A stretch of 64,000 nt of DNA from an uncultured Bacilli bacterium (GTDB taxonomy: Bacteria > Bacillota_I > Bacilli_A > RF39 > UBA660). Below, piece after piece: positions 51,708 to 63,415 of the stretch. A program made the translations under genes and the position numbers. Each line of letters begins with the position of its first letter. Position 1 is the stretch's first letter. Under the pieces are notes generated by a model, which was not told the DNA's origin, ran no database searches, and saw only the letters and a list, made by a program, of their open reading frames with translations. The DNA lies in NCBI GenBank assembly GCA_910584255.1, contig CAJTXV010000005.1, positions 5,700-69,699 of the forward strand. Reading direction: 5' to 3'.

Positions 51708-53688
51708 TTAATAATTCTTCTATATGCGTAGTTATTGATTCTAAGTCAAAGGCAAACTCTTTTTCTAAGTCTTCTCGTTTCGCACTTTTTCCAAATTGAT
51801 CTATTGTAATTAGATATTTTTTATTATATACGAATTCATACCAAGAATAGGAAGAAGAAGCTTCAATTACGAAAGTTTTAACTCCAAGAGGCAACAGAGA
51901 TTCCCTATATTTTCCCGTTTGTTTCTGATATCTTTCTATAGAGGGCATGCTGACAACACGAATATCATATCCCTTTTCTCCTAGTGTTTCAGCTATTTTG
52001 ATTGCCACTTGCAACTCTTCCCCAGATGAAATAATGATGGCACCTAAATTTTTTCTTTCCTTCTTAACAATATATGCACCCTTTTGAACATCTTTAATAC
52101 TGGTAGTTTCTTGAATCACAGAGCGATTTCTACCTAAGATAATAGCTGTAGGGCCTGTTTTTTTAGACATCACATATTTATAAGTTCCAATCACTTCATT
52201 CGCATCAGCAGGGCGAAACACTTCTAAATTAGGGGTTGCTCTTAAAGCAATTAATTGTTCTACTGGTTGATGGGTTGGTCCATCTTCCCCTAATTTAAAT
52301 GTGTCATGCGTAAAAATATAGGTGACTGGTAAATTCATAAGGGCTGACATACGGATTGCAGGCTTTAAGTAATCAGAGAATGCTAAGAAAGTAGAGCCAA
52401 ACGGTCTTAACCCTACAAGAGAAAGTCCATTTAAAATCGCTCCCATTGCATGTTCTCGTACCCCAAAGCGGATATTTCTTCCTAAACGATTTTGACTCGA
52501 AAAATCAGGATAGTCATTTAAGTAAGTTTTAGTAGAAGATGCGACATCAGCGCTACCACCAATTAAAAAATCATTTCTACTGGCTAAACAGTTTAATACT
52601 TTTTCTCCTGTAATTCGAATTTCTTCTTCGTTTTCTTCTGGCTTTTCATAATTTACTTTTAGATTTTTAAGTGTTGTATCCTTTTCTTCTAATTGTAGTA
52701 GTATTCCTTTTAATGGTTCTTCAATTAAATCTTTTTGTTTTTGATAAGAATCATAGAGGATATCTACTCTACTATGAATCATTTCTTGAAACGTTGCTGC
52801 TGCGTCGTTTGAAGCAATAAATGGGATTCCACGTACTCCAAGTTTTTCTTTAATTGATAAAATATCATCCTCTTCTAAAGGGGTTCCATGGACTTTATTA
52901 GTTCCTTCTAGCTTTGAATATTTTCCAATCGTCGTATTTACAATAATTAAAGTAGGTTTATCAATTGAAGTTTTTGCTTTTTCTACGGCTGAATCAAAAC
53001 TGGTCAAGTCTTCTATATCGGGTACAATTAATACATTCCAATTCATAGAAATAAAACGATTAGGGATATTTTCTGTCATCGCTTGATCGACTTCCCCATC
53101 TAAACTAATTTGATTTGAATCGTAAATTACAATTAATTTGTTTAATCTTAAAGTTCCTGCAATTGAAATAGATTCATAGGAAATGCCTTCCATTAAATCA
53201 CCGTCTCCACAAAGAACGTAAGTATAATGATTTACTATGGGTTTTCCGTTTTTTATAAAGAATGCCCTTAAATACTCTTCTCCAATTGCCATACCAACGG
53301 CAGAAGCAAGTCCCTGTCCTAGAGGTCCTGTTGACATATCAACACCAGGAGTGATTGGATATTCTGGATGACCAGGCGTTTTTGAATTCAACTGCCTAAA
53401 GGATTTTAAATCCGCAAGTCTCACATTGTATCCTGCAAGAAATAAAGTAGCATAAAGAAGTGCAGATCCGTGTCCAGCAGACAACACAAAACGATCTCGA
53501 TCAAACCAATCTGGATCTTTTGGATTTATTTTTAAATGTTTTCCATAAAGCGAATAAAGAATGGGTGCAGCCCCCAGTACAATTCCTGGATGCCCACTTT
53601 CTGCTTCATGAATCATATCGATTCCAAGACTTCGGATAGAATTGATAATTTTTTCATCCATTGACATTTCTTTTCCCTTAAACAACAT
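51703..53688 (-). CDS. tkt: Transketolase
   Basis: ThDP motif GDGDLMEG and HPG…GPLGQG; 661 aa. Confidence 0.9.
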   Translation of the reverse strand: MLFKGKEMSMDEKIINSIRSLGIDMIHEAESGHPGIVLGAAPILYSLYGKHLKINPKDPDWFDRDRFVLSAGHGSALLYATLFLAGYNVRLADLKSFRQLNSKTPGHPEYPITPGVDMSTGPLGQGLASAVGMAIGEEYLRAFFIKNGKPIVNHYTYVLCGDGDLMEGISYESISIAGTLRLNKLIVIYDSNQISLDGEVDQAMTENIPNRFISMNWNVLIVPDIEDLTSFDSAVEKAKTSIDKPTLIIVNTTIGKYSKLEGTNKVHGTPLEEDDILSIKEKLGVRGIPFIASNDAAATFQEMIHSRVDILYDSYQKQKDLIEEPLKGILLQLEEKDTTLKNLKVNYEKPEENEEEIRITGEKVLNCLASRNDFLIGGSADVASSTKTYLNDYPDFSSQNRLGRNIRFGVREHAMGAILNGLSLVGLRPFGSTFLAFSDYLKPAIRMSALMNLPVTYIFTHDTFKLGEDGPTHQPVEQLIALRATPNLEVFRPADANEVIGTYKYVMSKKTGPTAIILGRNRSVIQETTSIKDVQKGAYIVKKERKNLGAIIISSGEELQVAIKIAETLGEKGYDIRVVSMPSIERYQKQTGKYRESLLPLGVKTFVIEASSSYSWYEFVYNKKYLITIDQFGKSAKREDLEKEFAFDLESITTHIEELLK

Positions 53689-53742
53689 AAAGTCACCTCT
53701 TCTGTCACTATTATATCATGGTTTTAAAATAAAGAAAAAGAT

Positions 53743-55002
53743 TTATTCATCATCAAATAAATCTTCCACTTCTTTTAAAACTGCGGATTCCTTTTTTAAA
53801 TCCGTTGGAGTATCCTTTTTTTCTTCTACTTTTTTAGGATATTCTGTAAATTCGATTGTTTTTCCTAGTTCATCCTCTTGATCTGGTGTAACTTCAACGA
53901 TTGGGGATTCTACTTTTACTTTCTCATTTACTTTAACTTTATCTTTTTCTTCTTCCTTGACTAGTTTTTCCTCAGTAGTTTTCAATTTCTTTTCTTTTTT
54001 CTTACTTTTATCTTTTCCAGATGTCTTGATATAAAAGTAAATCCCTAAGCATCCAATTGCAAATAAAATGAGACAACCAATAGTTACAAATACATATTCT
54101 AAAGTATGATTTTTCCTAGTACTCATAGGTTTTAAACTACTACTAGCCTTAGACACTGCGTGGCTTGTTGGTCTTTTGGATGCTTGTTTTTCTTCTGCTT
54201 TGGCACGTATAACAGTAATTGTATAAACTTTACTATTTCCAGCATTATCTTTAACAGTGATAGTTACTTGATTTCTTCCTACTTTTAAATTCGTTGCACC
54301 TTTTATTTCAGTTTTTACATTATTTGATTGTTTCTCAACTTCAATCGTAACGTCTTCTGCTTCATATGGAATATCTACTGTATAACCTGTACGACTACTA
54401 GAAAACGGTTCATTTAAGGTATACCCTTTTACTTTTAAAGACTTTAAATCTAAACTTTCTTTTTCATTGTCCTTGTCTTTATCCTCTTTGGAGGTGTTAG
54501 ATTCATTCTCTTTTGCTGTGATATTAATAGAAAATTGTGCCTTCACATTTGGATCATCTTCCAATGATACAGTAATAATTACTTTTCCAGGCTTCAATGT
54601 CTTTACTACTCCATTTTTAACGGTTGCTACAGCCTCATTCGAAGAGGTCCATTTGATTTTAGGATTATCTACTCCCGTAACAGTTGCTTTTACATTGATT
54701 GTAGCTCCAGGAACAGCATCTACTTTCTGCTTATCTAATACTATCTTTTTTTCTACTGGTTTTTCTGTTGGTGTTGGACTTGGGCTTGGTGTAGGTAACT
54801 CTGATGGTGTTGGAGTTGGGCTTGGGCTTGGACTTGTAGTCGGTGTTGGCGAAGGAGAAGCAGATGGAGTTGGTGACTCTGATGGTGTTGGCGTAGGTGT
54901 CGGATCTTCTTCTGCAAAAGTTATTATTGGTAGTCCAATTAGTGATAATACTAATAATAAAGTAATTGTATATTTTCCCATTTTATTCTTAAAATCTTTC
55001 AT
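53743..55002 (-). CDS. Membrane-anchored cell-surface protein: signal peptide - Pro/Thr/Ser linker - Big_2 Ig-like domain - cadherin-like domain - TM - Lys/Glu-rich cytoplasmic tail
   Basis: [23 protein letters not shown] signal. (PTPTPS)n linker. Big_2-like [17 protein letters not shown]…[11 protein letters not shown]. Cadherin-like module [35 protein letters not shown]…[33 protein letters not shown]. Confidence 0.7.
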   Translation of the reverse strand: MKDFKNKMGKYTITLLLVLSLIGLPIITFAEEDPTPTPTPSESPTPSASPSPTPTTSPSPSPTPTPSELPTPSPSPTPTEKPVEKKIVLDKQKVDAVPGATINVKATVTGVDNPKIKWTSSNEAVATVKNGVVKTLKPGKVIITVSLEDDPNVKAQFSINITAKENESNTSKEDKDKDNEKESLDLKSLKVKGYTLNEPFSSSRTGYTVDIPYEAEDVTIEVEKQSNNVKTEIKGATNLKVGRNQVTITVKDNAGNSKVYTITVIRAKAEEKQASKRPTSHAVSKASSSLKPMSTRKNHTLEYVFVTIGCLILFAIGCLGIYFYIKTSGKDKSKKKEKKLKTTEEKLVKEEEKDKVKVNEKVKVESPIVEVTPDQEDELGKTIEFTEYPKKVEEKKDTPTDLKKESAVLKEVEDLFDDE

Positions 55003-55163
55003 TTTGTACTTCCTTCCCTATTCTATATCAATCATTTCGATTATAACACAAAAAAATAAAGTTGAGAAGTCCCTACTTCTAATTCTAAAGAAGAAGGTCT
55101 CTTTCAACTTTTATTTTCTTATAAAAATATATGCATTTAAAATCATTATTTGCTATTTTGTTT

Positions 55164-56131
55164 TTAAATATCCTCATGAAGTGCACCAATTTTTCTTATA
55201 TAGGATAAAACATTTTTCTTTTCAATTCCTATTTCAGATTCTACATCTCGAATATCATCATAAGCAGATGAATTTATAAAACTTTTATAATTCCTTAAAT
55301 CACGCTCTTCTTGTCTATTTGAATAGTTTGGAATCAATCCCTCTCTTTCACTAATAGAATATAATCGGATATGGTAATTTTTCATTTTTCCACATTCTAG
55401 TAAATTAATAAAGCGAATACTTGCTGTTGAAGATTTCTTTTTTTGCATCATAATTTTCCCCTACACTTTCCATTTTTATTAATCCTATTTTCATTATAAG
55501 GCTTTTTCTAAAATTTTACTACCTTTTTCACCATCATATACAAATTCCATCATCTGTTCTTTCGTAACTTTTTCTAAAATATAGGGACTCTTTCTTCCAA
55601 TTTTATAAGTGTTTCCTACATGGGCAAAACATTCTTTTGCTTTTTCTATTTAAACTTTCATAATATCCTCAAATGTCATCGTTGTAAAATAACAATCATT
55701 TGCAAATTTACATAGGTCTCTTTCATCGTAAAAATGAGGAAATAGTGGACTATAAGTAAGCACCTGATTTCGAAAATCAAAAGAGCCTGGTATCTTCCCA
55801 TAAGGATCACTCATTTTAATTCCAGCATACCTTAAATATCCAAATCTCTTATCTTTTTCTAAGTAATCTGGGTGCAAATTACATCCACCCATTTTCATTA
55901 GAGGTACTCGATTGGCTAAACGATTATTTCTAAATTTTTTAAGGGAATCTGGATTACTAAAATCATATGCTTCTAATCCACTTTGTGGAACAAGCCTCAA
56001 AAAGAACTTCTTGGGATCTATTCCCTTTTTTCTTTCATCCAAAATTATATCAAATATGTCATCTGTAATTTCTTATGTTCCTTGCTCTATTCCCAAAATA
56101 GTATCTCTAAAGTACTTTTCCATAACTAACT
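55164..56131 (-). pseudogene. Decayed gene (~320 codons) broken into >=4 frame-shifted segments
   Basis: MEKYFRDTILGIEQGT* (56131..) runs into ORF 55650..56042 (other frame). After the stop at 55650, coding continues in a third frame (KAKECFAHVGNTYKIGRKSPYILEKVTKEQMMEFVYDGEKGSKILEKAL). ORF 55164..55451 follows. Confidence 0.4.
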
Positions 56132-56143
56132 CCTTTTCATCCT

Positions 56144-56377
56144 CTAAATTTTAATTAATTGTTTATTTTGCTCTATTGTATCATCGACTGTTAATAACAC
56201 TTCATTGAAAGCTCTAACATTGGAGTTTACGTCATGATGAGTAGATTTTAATGTTTGACTCGTTATATTTAAAAATTTTTCAACTTCTCTTTGAGAATCC
56301 GTATATACCATACCATCCGATTTCTTTTCAAAAAATAGCTCGTTCAATATACATAATCCGATTCCTATCATATTCAT
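56144..56377 (-). CDS. Hypothetical small protein
   Basis: 77-aa ORF; no recognisable motif. Confidence 0.3.
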   Translation of the reverse strand: MNMIGIGLCILNELFFEKKSDGMVYTDSQREVEKFLNITSQTLKSTHHDVNSNVRAFNEVLLTVDDTIEQNKQLIKI

Positions 56378-56402
56378 AGTACGAATGGACTCCTTTAGCG
56401 TA

Positions 56403-57179
56403 TCATATACCTGTTAGAAAGTTTTTAAATGTTTGAAGATGACTGACTGCATTCACATTTCTAGTACAAAATACATTTTCAATCAATGAGGAATCGTAAA
56501 CATCATATTTGTTTTCAGGTATACCATTTGGAATTGCAATATCATAATCCATATGAGAATTACTACTAATTCCTTCATAGTAAGTAATTAATTGTTTGTA
56601 TATTGCCTCGGCGAGTGCATTATCTCCAATCTTACTACGAATGACTTTTCTTACTTCAGGATAAAAAATTAATGGCGATGCCAGTTTGGTTCCTGTATAA
56701 GGGGCTGCTATATTATAGATATTAGTTTTTCTAAAAGAACTGGGATTAAGAAAAAAACTAGGAATATAAAAATTCATTACACTACATTTGGACAAGCCAA
56801 TGATATTTATGGAATTGGTTCTTGGAGATGATGCTAAATTATCTATATAAGATGCATACAATCTAGCATCTTCTACAATGGGTGCCTCTGCATCCATCAA
56901 AAATAATTTAATCACATAATTGCCATTCTTTCTTCTATAATGGTTGATTACATGATCAATTCTAACTTCCTTCTCTTTAATATTCCTAAAATCCTTGGAA
57001 TGATCTTCTACTCTAGATCCATGATTGATGATTATATAGTCGACTTTTTCGTTTTTGTTATTGACAATTTTTTCATAAGTTGCAAAAGCAAAACTTCTAC
57101 CATATTCTGTTTTATTTGGACTGTAATTCCATCTTTGATTCGTTAAATCATATTTTGCAATTATCTCTATAGTTCCCAT
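56403..57179 (-). CDS. Hypothetical protein (second gene of a 2-gene cassette)
   Basis: ORF track gives 56403..57272. The likely true start is Met at 57179 (MGTIEIIAKY…), preceded by RBS GGGGGTG. ~258 aa. Confidence 0.45.
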   Translation of the reverse strand: MGTIEIIAKYDLTNQRWNYSPNKTEYGRSFAFATYEKIVNNKNEKVDYIIINHGSRVEDHSKDFRNIKEKEVRIDHVINHYRRKNGNYVIKLFLMDAEAPIVEDARLYASYIDNLASSPRTNSINIIGLSKCSVMNFYIPSFFLNPSSFRKTNIYNIAAPYTGTKLASPLIFYPEVRKVIRSKIGDNALAEAIYKQLITYYEGISSNSHMDYDIAIPNGIPENKYDVYDSSLIENVFCTRNVNAVSHLQTFKNFLTGI

Positions 57180-57255
57180 CGTTTCGCACCCCCAATTAAC
57201 AAATTGAAACATATTTCCTATTAAAATGATTTTTTTTAATCTTTCGACAATAGAT

Positions 57256-57780
57256 CTACTTTCGATTAGCATTTATAAATGCTTTTATAAATTGTTTCTC
57301 TGATTCATCCATGTTTTCTAAATAAGAATCATATCCACCTTTCATATATTCCTGATATATATCTGAATATTTACTACCACAACTATATTGGATGATGGTA
57401 CCTTGTATAAAATGATTCCTTAGTTCTGAAAAAGGGATTGCATATTCTAAAACAGGAATATTGGGATGTCTACTTTCTGGGTATAATCCAAATCCCCCAT
57501 ATTGACTCAATAATTCTTCAGGTATATTGTAAGATGCAATAAAACATTGATCATCCCAACCCATAGAAGGAATACCAGATATATATTCCAAGGCTCCTTC
57601 ATAGAAATGGAAAAAGTGTAAATAATCAATATTGGGTTTATAATTATGAGTGTTTAATCCATCATTATAACTTTTTTTTGGAAAACTAATAATTCCATTT
57701 TTATAATCTTGCAATTCATTTCTACTAGTTCCATTTCTAGTATATGAGTAGATATCTTCAACCACTCTATAAATTATCAT
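57256..57780 (-). CDS. Hypothetical protein (first gene of a 2-gene cassette)
   Basis: 174 aa; no recognised motif. A 77-nt gap separates it from the downstream gene. Confidence 0.45.
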   Translation of the reverse strand: MIIYRVVEDIYSYTRNGTSRNELQDYKNGIISFPKKSYNDGLNTHNYKPNIDYLHFFHFYEGALEYISGIPSMGWDDQCFIASYNIPEELLSQYGGFGLYPESRHPNIPVLEYAIPFSELRNHFIQGTIIQYSCGSKYSDIYQEYMKGGYDSYLENMDESEKQFIKAFINANRK

Positions 57781-57871
57781 ATCTCTACCCCCAAAAGATA
57801 TTTTTTTCTTTTATTTTAGTGATAATATTCATTCAAACAATTTATCATATCTTTGTTACTTTGATATATTC

Positions 57872-57952
57872 TTCTAAAAATACATCATTTACTCTATATA
57901 TTTCTTTTGCTTCATCCGTTCTTAAGTATTTAGGATTACACCTAGCAAATTC
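57872..57952. repeat. Copy A of a ~80-bp dispersed repeat (3' coding end of a gene family)
   Basis: ~75-80 % identical to 59193..59273. On the - strand it encodes …ELFEFARCNPKYLRTDEAKEIYRVNDVFLEEYIKVTKI*. Confidence 0.6.
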
Positions 57953-57992
57953 AAATAATTCAATTCTATTTCTATTAATGCATCTGCATCCT

Positions 57993-58334
57993 TTAAATAT
58001 TTGATAATATTCGGATGTTCTTTTTCTCGCTACTTTTAAACTTCAGGTTTTTAAAATCTACAATGTCATCTGATTTCGCATGAGTTTCAATTAGAAGTGC
58101 AATTTTATTCAAATCTTTATCACTAAAATCATTCTTTAATTCTTCCTTACTCACTTTTAGATTTAATATCCAAATACAATAACATAGTGCTCTTTCAATA
58201 TGTTCTATGTTATGATATAGGACATGAATTTTAGTATATAATTTCTCTTGAATACCTCTTAAATAAGTCATGTCAATATTTTGAATGCTACTTTTCTCCA
58301 TTTGATAAATCTCCATAGCCTTCTTTATTAACAT
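57993..58334 (-). CDS. Hypothetical protein, probably frameshifted at its 3' end
   Basis: The 113-aa ORF ends …KKNIRILSNI*. The conserved family C-terminus continues in the +1 frame to ~57850. Confidence 0.35.
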   Translation of the reverse strand: MLIKKAMEIYQMEKSSIQNIDMTYLRGIQEKLYTKIHVLYHNIEHIERALCYCIWILNLKVSKEELKNDFSDKDLNKIALLIETHAKSDDIVDFKNLKFKSSEKKNIRILSNI

Positions 58335-58371
58335 TTCTTTTATAAAATTGTATATTTATTTATGATTTCTG

Positions 58372-58919
58372 TTATCTATAACTAGCTACAGTACATTTAC
58401 CACTTTCATTATTGAAGGTTGCTCCTAACTTTTGTCCTGTTTTATCTACCCATGTATAACTACGAGACCCTTTTGATATACTTGTTAAAGTTCCCTCTCC
58501 ACCAATTTTTGCAACTAATTCTTCATAAGTGAATGAGCCATTATTTAAATTTTTTTGTAGTTCACTTGATAATGGCAGCTTTATTTTATCATTTTTTATG
58601 CTTTCTTTATCAATTGTTGCCTGAATTGTAATATTATCATTACTATAAGTTTTGAAACTAATCCAATTTTTAGAATCAAACTTCCAAATTGGATCACTTC
58701 CAATTGATGCATCTGTAGTAGATTCAAAACCTATAATATCATTAATTTCTTTCATCGTATTTGTTACTTCAATTTTTTTCATGCATTCTATTATAGTACA
58801 ATTTGCTTTTACATCTTCTTCTTTCTTTTCATCTAGCTTTTCATCATTGCATCCTGTAAAAAAAACATAATGTACATAAAAATATAATAGATCCTAATCG
58901 TATTTTTTTTAATTTCATT
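58372..58919 (-). pseudogene. Lipoprotein gene interrupted at a poly(T)9 tract in the signal-peptide region (possible phase-variable ON/OFF switch)
   Basis: ATG at 58919 encodes MKLKKIRLGSIIFLCTLCFF, then T9 (A9 on + at 58858..58866) shifts the frame (…LQDAMMKS*). With T10 the read-through gives a lipobox …FFFTGC|NDEKLDEKKEEDVKANCTIIEC joined in-frame to ORF 58372..58782. Confidence 0.55.
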
Positions 58920-59192
58920 TCCATTTCCCTCTTTCTATTAAATTGTATCAGAAAATGAATAAATCGTAAATCCTAGCACTCTAAAAACAAAATAACGATG
59001 TAAATATGAAGTAATTATAAAAATCAAAGAAAAAAACTTATAAAATAAGGTTTTTATGTCAATTGGTGCGTTTTGCACTTCTTATATAGTCAAGTTCATA
59101 AATATTTGATGAATTAATTATATCGTTTTATTTCATATCAAGCAATATATTTTATAATTATTTAATTACTATTTTTTTGCTTTTTCATAATT

Positions 59193-59273
59193 TTCTAAAA
59201 ATACAGTACTATCATTATATATTTCTTTAGCTTCATTTGTTCTTAAATAATCAGGATTACACCTAGTAAATTT
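59193..59273. repeat. Copy B of the ~80-bp dispersed repeat (start-less gene remnant)
   Basis: The - strand encodes …TRCNPDYLRTNEAKEIYNDSTVFLENYEKAKK* with no start codon. Homologous to 57872..57952. Confidence 0.6.
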
Positions 59274-59453
59274 AGTTGCGTTTTTAGTTGTATTTTCAAT
59301 TGAATATTTTTTGCCGCTTTTCCTTATTTCATAAGGTCTAAAAGAAAAAATAAACTACTAAATAAACCATTAAATAAGCATAGTCAGTAAAAACAAAAGA
59401 ATAAATTTTTAATAGATATATCATCTATCATACTTACCTTAACACATATTATA

Positions 59454-59549
59454 TGACTTTACTAGTGACTTTGTACTGTAAATTACTCGGTAAATGACAC
59501 GGTAAATCATACTGTAATTTGGTCTGTAATTCACTCTGTAAATATTATT
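59454..59549. repeat. Iteron-like array: eight 12-bp-periodic direct repeats
   Basis: GTAA motifs at 59478, 59490, 59502, 59514, 59526 and 59538, exactly 12 bp apart (ctGTAAATtact / cgGTAAATgaca / cgGTAAATcata / ctGTAATTtggt / ctGTAATTcact / ctGTAAATatta). They are preceded by tgactttactag / tgactttgtact in the same phase. Confidence 0.7.
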
Positions 59550-59838
59550 AATTTTTGTTCATAGCATTTATGATAGAAATATACTTAATAAAACTTATAG
59601 TGGCATCTTCTCTAGGCAAATAAATCTTTTCTTCATCTTCATAAAGTAATGCAACTAAAGTAACTTTATTATTACTAATAATTATCTTATGTGGTTCCAT
59701 AATACTTAAATTTGTTTTGTTAAACTTAATAATATGACCATTTATATACTCTACTTTCAAATTACCATGACTAGCTTTCATTTTTAGTTTAATTTTAATA
59801 CTTTCTGGGAAAATCAATTCTTCTATGGTCGTTTTCAT
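59548..59838 (-). CDS. Hypothetical protein
   Basis: 96-aa ORF with an RBS (GGAGGA) upstream. Stop codon abuts the iteron-like array. Confidence 0.4.
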   Translation of the reverse strand: MKTTIEELIFPESIKIKLKMKASHGNLKVEYINGHIIKFNKTNLSIMEPHKIIISNNKVTLVALLYEDEEKIYLPREDATISFIKYISIINAMNKN

Positions 59839-60084
59839 ATATTTAATCCTCCTTTAAGCAATGAAAAAAGCCCATAATATCAAATACTATGAACTTTATT
59901 TATAACTAATCGCTTAAAGGTGCGACTTTTAACCTCAATGGTGCCTATGAAGAAGAAGTCGAATAACTTTTTTCACAAACAATTAATAGGTAGTAATAAT
60001 TACTAACTAATATAAGTATAGCATGGATTATCAGATTTTGTTCTAAAAATTTTACTTGTTCGCTTGTTTTAGTTTTAAAGCCAT

Positions 60085-60092
60085 TGTATAAT
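60085..60092 (+). promoter_or_regulatory. Extended -10 element (TGTATAAT) driving the small peptide gene
   Basis: ccatTGtATAATttc located 66 nt upstream of the 60158 ATG; weak -35 TTGTTT at 60064. Confidence 0.4.
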
Positions 60093-60157
60093 TTCTATTA
60101 GGAAATACTAAACTGTTGAGTACTTGCCAACTTCTTATAGGAAGGAGGCTTGATATT

Positions 60158-60247
60158 ATGAGGAAAAAGGATTTATTAATCTCATTTCTAATATTAATTA
60201 TCATTTTATTAATAGTCTCTTTAATGATTCTATGTATAAAAAAATAG
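60158..60247 (+). CDS. Small hydrophobic peptide (29 aa), candidate type I toxin-like membrane peptide
   Basis: Very strong RBS GGAAGGAGG 9 nt upstream. MRKKDLLISFLILIIILLIVSLMILCIKK has one TM helix and basic ends. Flanked by a 5'/3' inverted repeat and four AGTACT palindromes. Confidence 0.4.
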   Translation: MRKKDLLISFLILIIILLIVSLMILCIKK

Positions 60248-60411
60248 TACTCAATTTACTTACGTAGATTAAGTACTTTACACATTTAATTGGGTAAGTA
60301 CTCAACTAGGCAAAGTTAAGTATTTCCCTTTTTTATTTTATGCAAGTTTCCTTGACATATTCATAATATCATATTTTTAAGTTATTGTCAAAAATCAAAT
60401 TTTTAAGAAAT

Positions 60412-61035
60412 CTATTTTTTTGCATATGGATTTGATGCATAATGTAAACTTCTTTGTCTCATAACATCGTTTTGCTTTAATTGTGCCTCAATTTTTCTGT
60501 TTAAATCAGATATACTTCTATCATAATCAACATCAGATATTATGTGTAATATATAAGAATCAACCATTGATAATTGTTCGTATTTTTCTGGCTTTTGTTC
60601 CTCATTTACTTTAGCACTTAATTGTTCTTTTGGAACTTGACTTAATCTAGTTATTTCTTGCCTTGCATATCGTAATTCTTCAGGTGTTAGTTTTCTTAAC
60701 ATTAATTCTTCAATAGATTCATTACACATATAATCATATACTTTCATATAATCTTCTTCGGAACATTCACTTGTGCCATAGATTTTAAATAATCTGGCAA
60801 AAATCTTATTTCTACTATAACTACTTGCTTCTTCAAGTTCTTCATAAGATAACTCTGATACTTTTTTTGAATCAAAATATTCAATTCTTTTCTTTTCAAA
60901 TTCTGGTTCATAAGATAACCATTTAATCCATTCAATATCAGGTGAAACATTACCAAATACATTCCCATAAACAATTTTAGTCATTCCACCCATTCCAGCC
61001 ATCTCTCTAGCCATAATTCTATTAAAATTGCTCAC
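60412..61035 (-). CDS. Hypothetical protein
   Basis: 207-aa ORF, acidic and helical. Confidence 0.45.
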   Translation of the reverse strand: MSNFNRIMAREMAGMGGMTKIVYGNVFGNVSPDIEWIKWLSYEPEFEKKRIEYFDSKKVSELSYEELEEASSYSRNKIFARLFKIYGTSECSEEDYMKVYDYMCNESIEELMLRKLTPEELRYARQEITRLSQVPKEQLSAKVNEEQKPEKYEQLSMVDSYILHIISDVDYDRSISDLNRKIEAQLKQNDVMRQRSLHYASNPYAKK

Positions 61036-61117
61036 AAATCAAACCTCCCTTAAGTAATTAATATTTTATCACAATTTATTAATTAATACTATAACTTGAA
61101 TTGAATTTCTAAATAAT

Positions 61118-61133
61118 TAAATAGGATGAAAAT
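61118..61133. repeat. Left arm of a perfect 16-bp inverted repeat (AAATAGGATGAAAATA)
   Basis: Reverse complement present at 61327..61342. A third direct copy of ATAGGATGA lies at 61363. Confidence 0.6.
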
Positions 61134-61326
61134 ACTATAAAATTTGATGATATCTAAAAGAACAGGATAAGAAAGATACGCATCTATATAAACTTTTTCT
61201 TTATTTCATAAGGGTTTATATATGTGCATTTCTTATTTTGCACTTGCAAAATTCATCCTACTTTGTAGGTTGATATTAAGGATAGATAATTATTTAATCC
61301 TTATAATTAAAGAGTTTTATATCTTA

Positions 61327-61342
61327 TATTTTCATCCTATTT
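61327..61342. repeat. Right arm of the 16-bp inverted repeat (TATTTTCATCCTATTT)
   Basis: See 61118..61133; the arms are 193 bp apart. Confidence 0.6.
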
Positions 61343-61371
61343 TTATATTTTTGCTGATTTTTATAGGATGA

Positions 61372-63228
<1,857 letters not shown>

Positions 63229-63415
63229 CTAGATATAATCAATTTTGATTACAAAATAAATACCAATATCACTATTGGTACAAATATAAAACAAGAAAAA
63301 GTCCATATTGATAAATTAGATATAACTTTATCATTAGGGCTTTAAAATAGTATATTTCAAATTTAGAATAATTGTTGAATAGAAAAAGAAATTAGAATCT
63401 AGTTAACTAATTTCT

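Noticed and set aside
56403-57780. Whether the two overlapping ORFs (57256..57780 and 56403..57272) are a single frameshifted gene, given the A8/T8 tract at 57230..57237
   Set aside because: The upstream ORF already terminates (57256) before the homopolymer. The downstream ORF has a good internal start (57179) with a GGGGGTG RBS, so two separate genes is the simpler reading.
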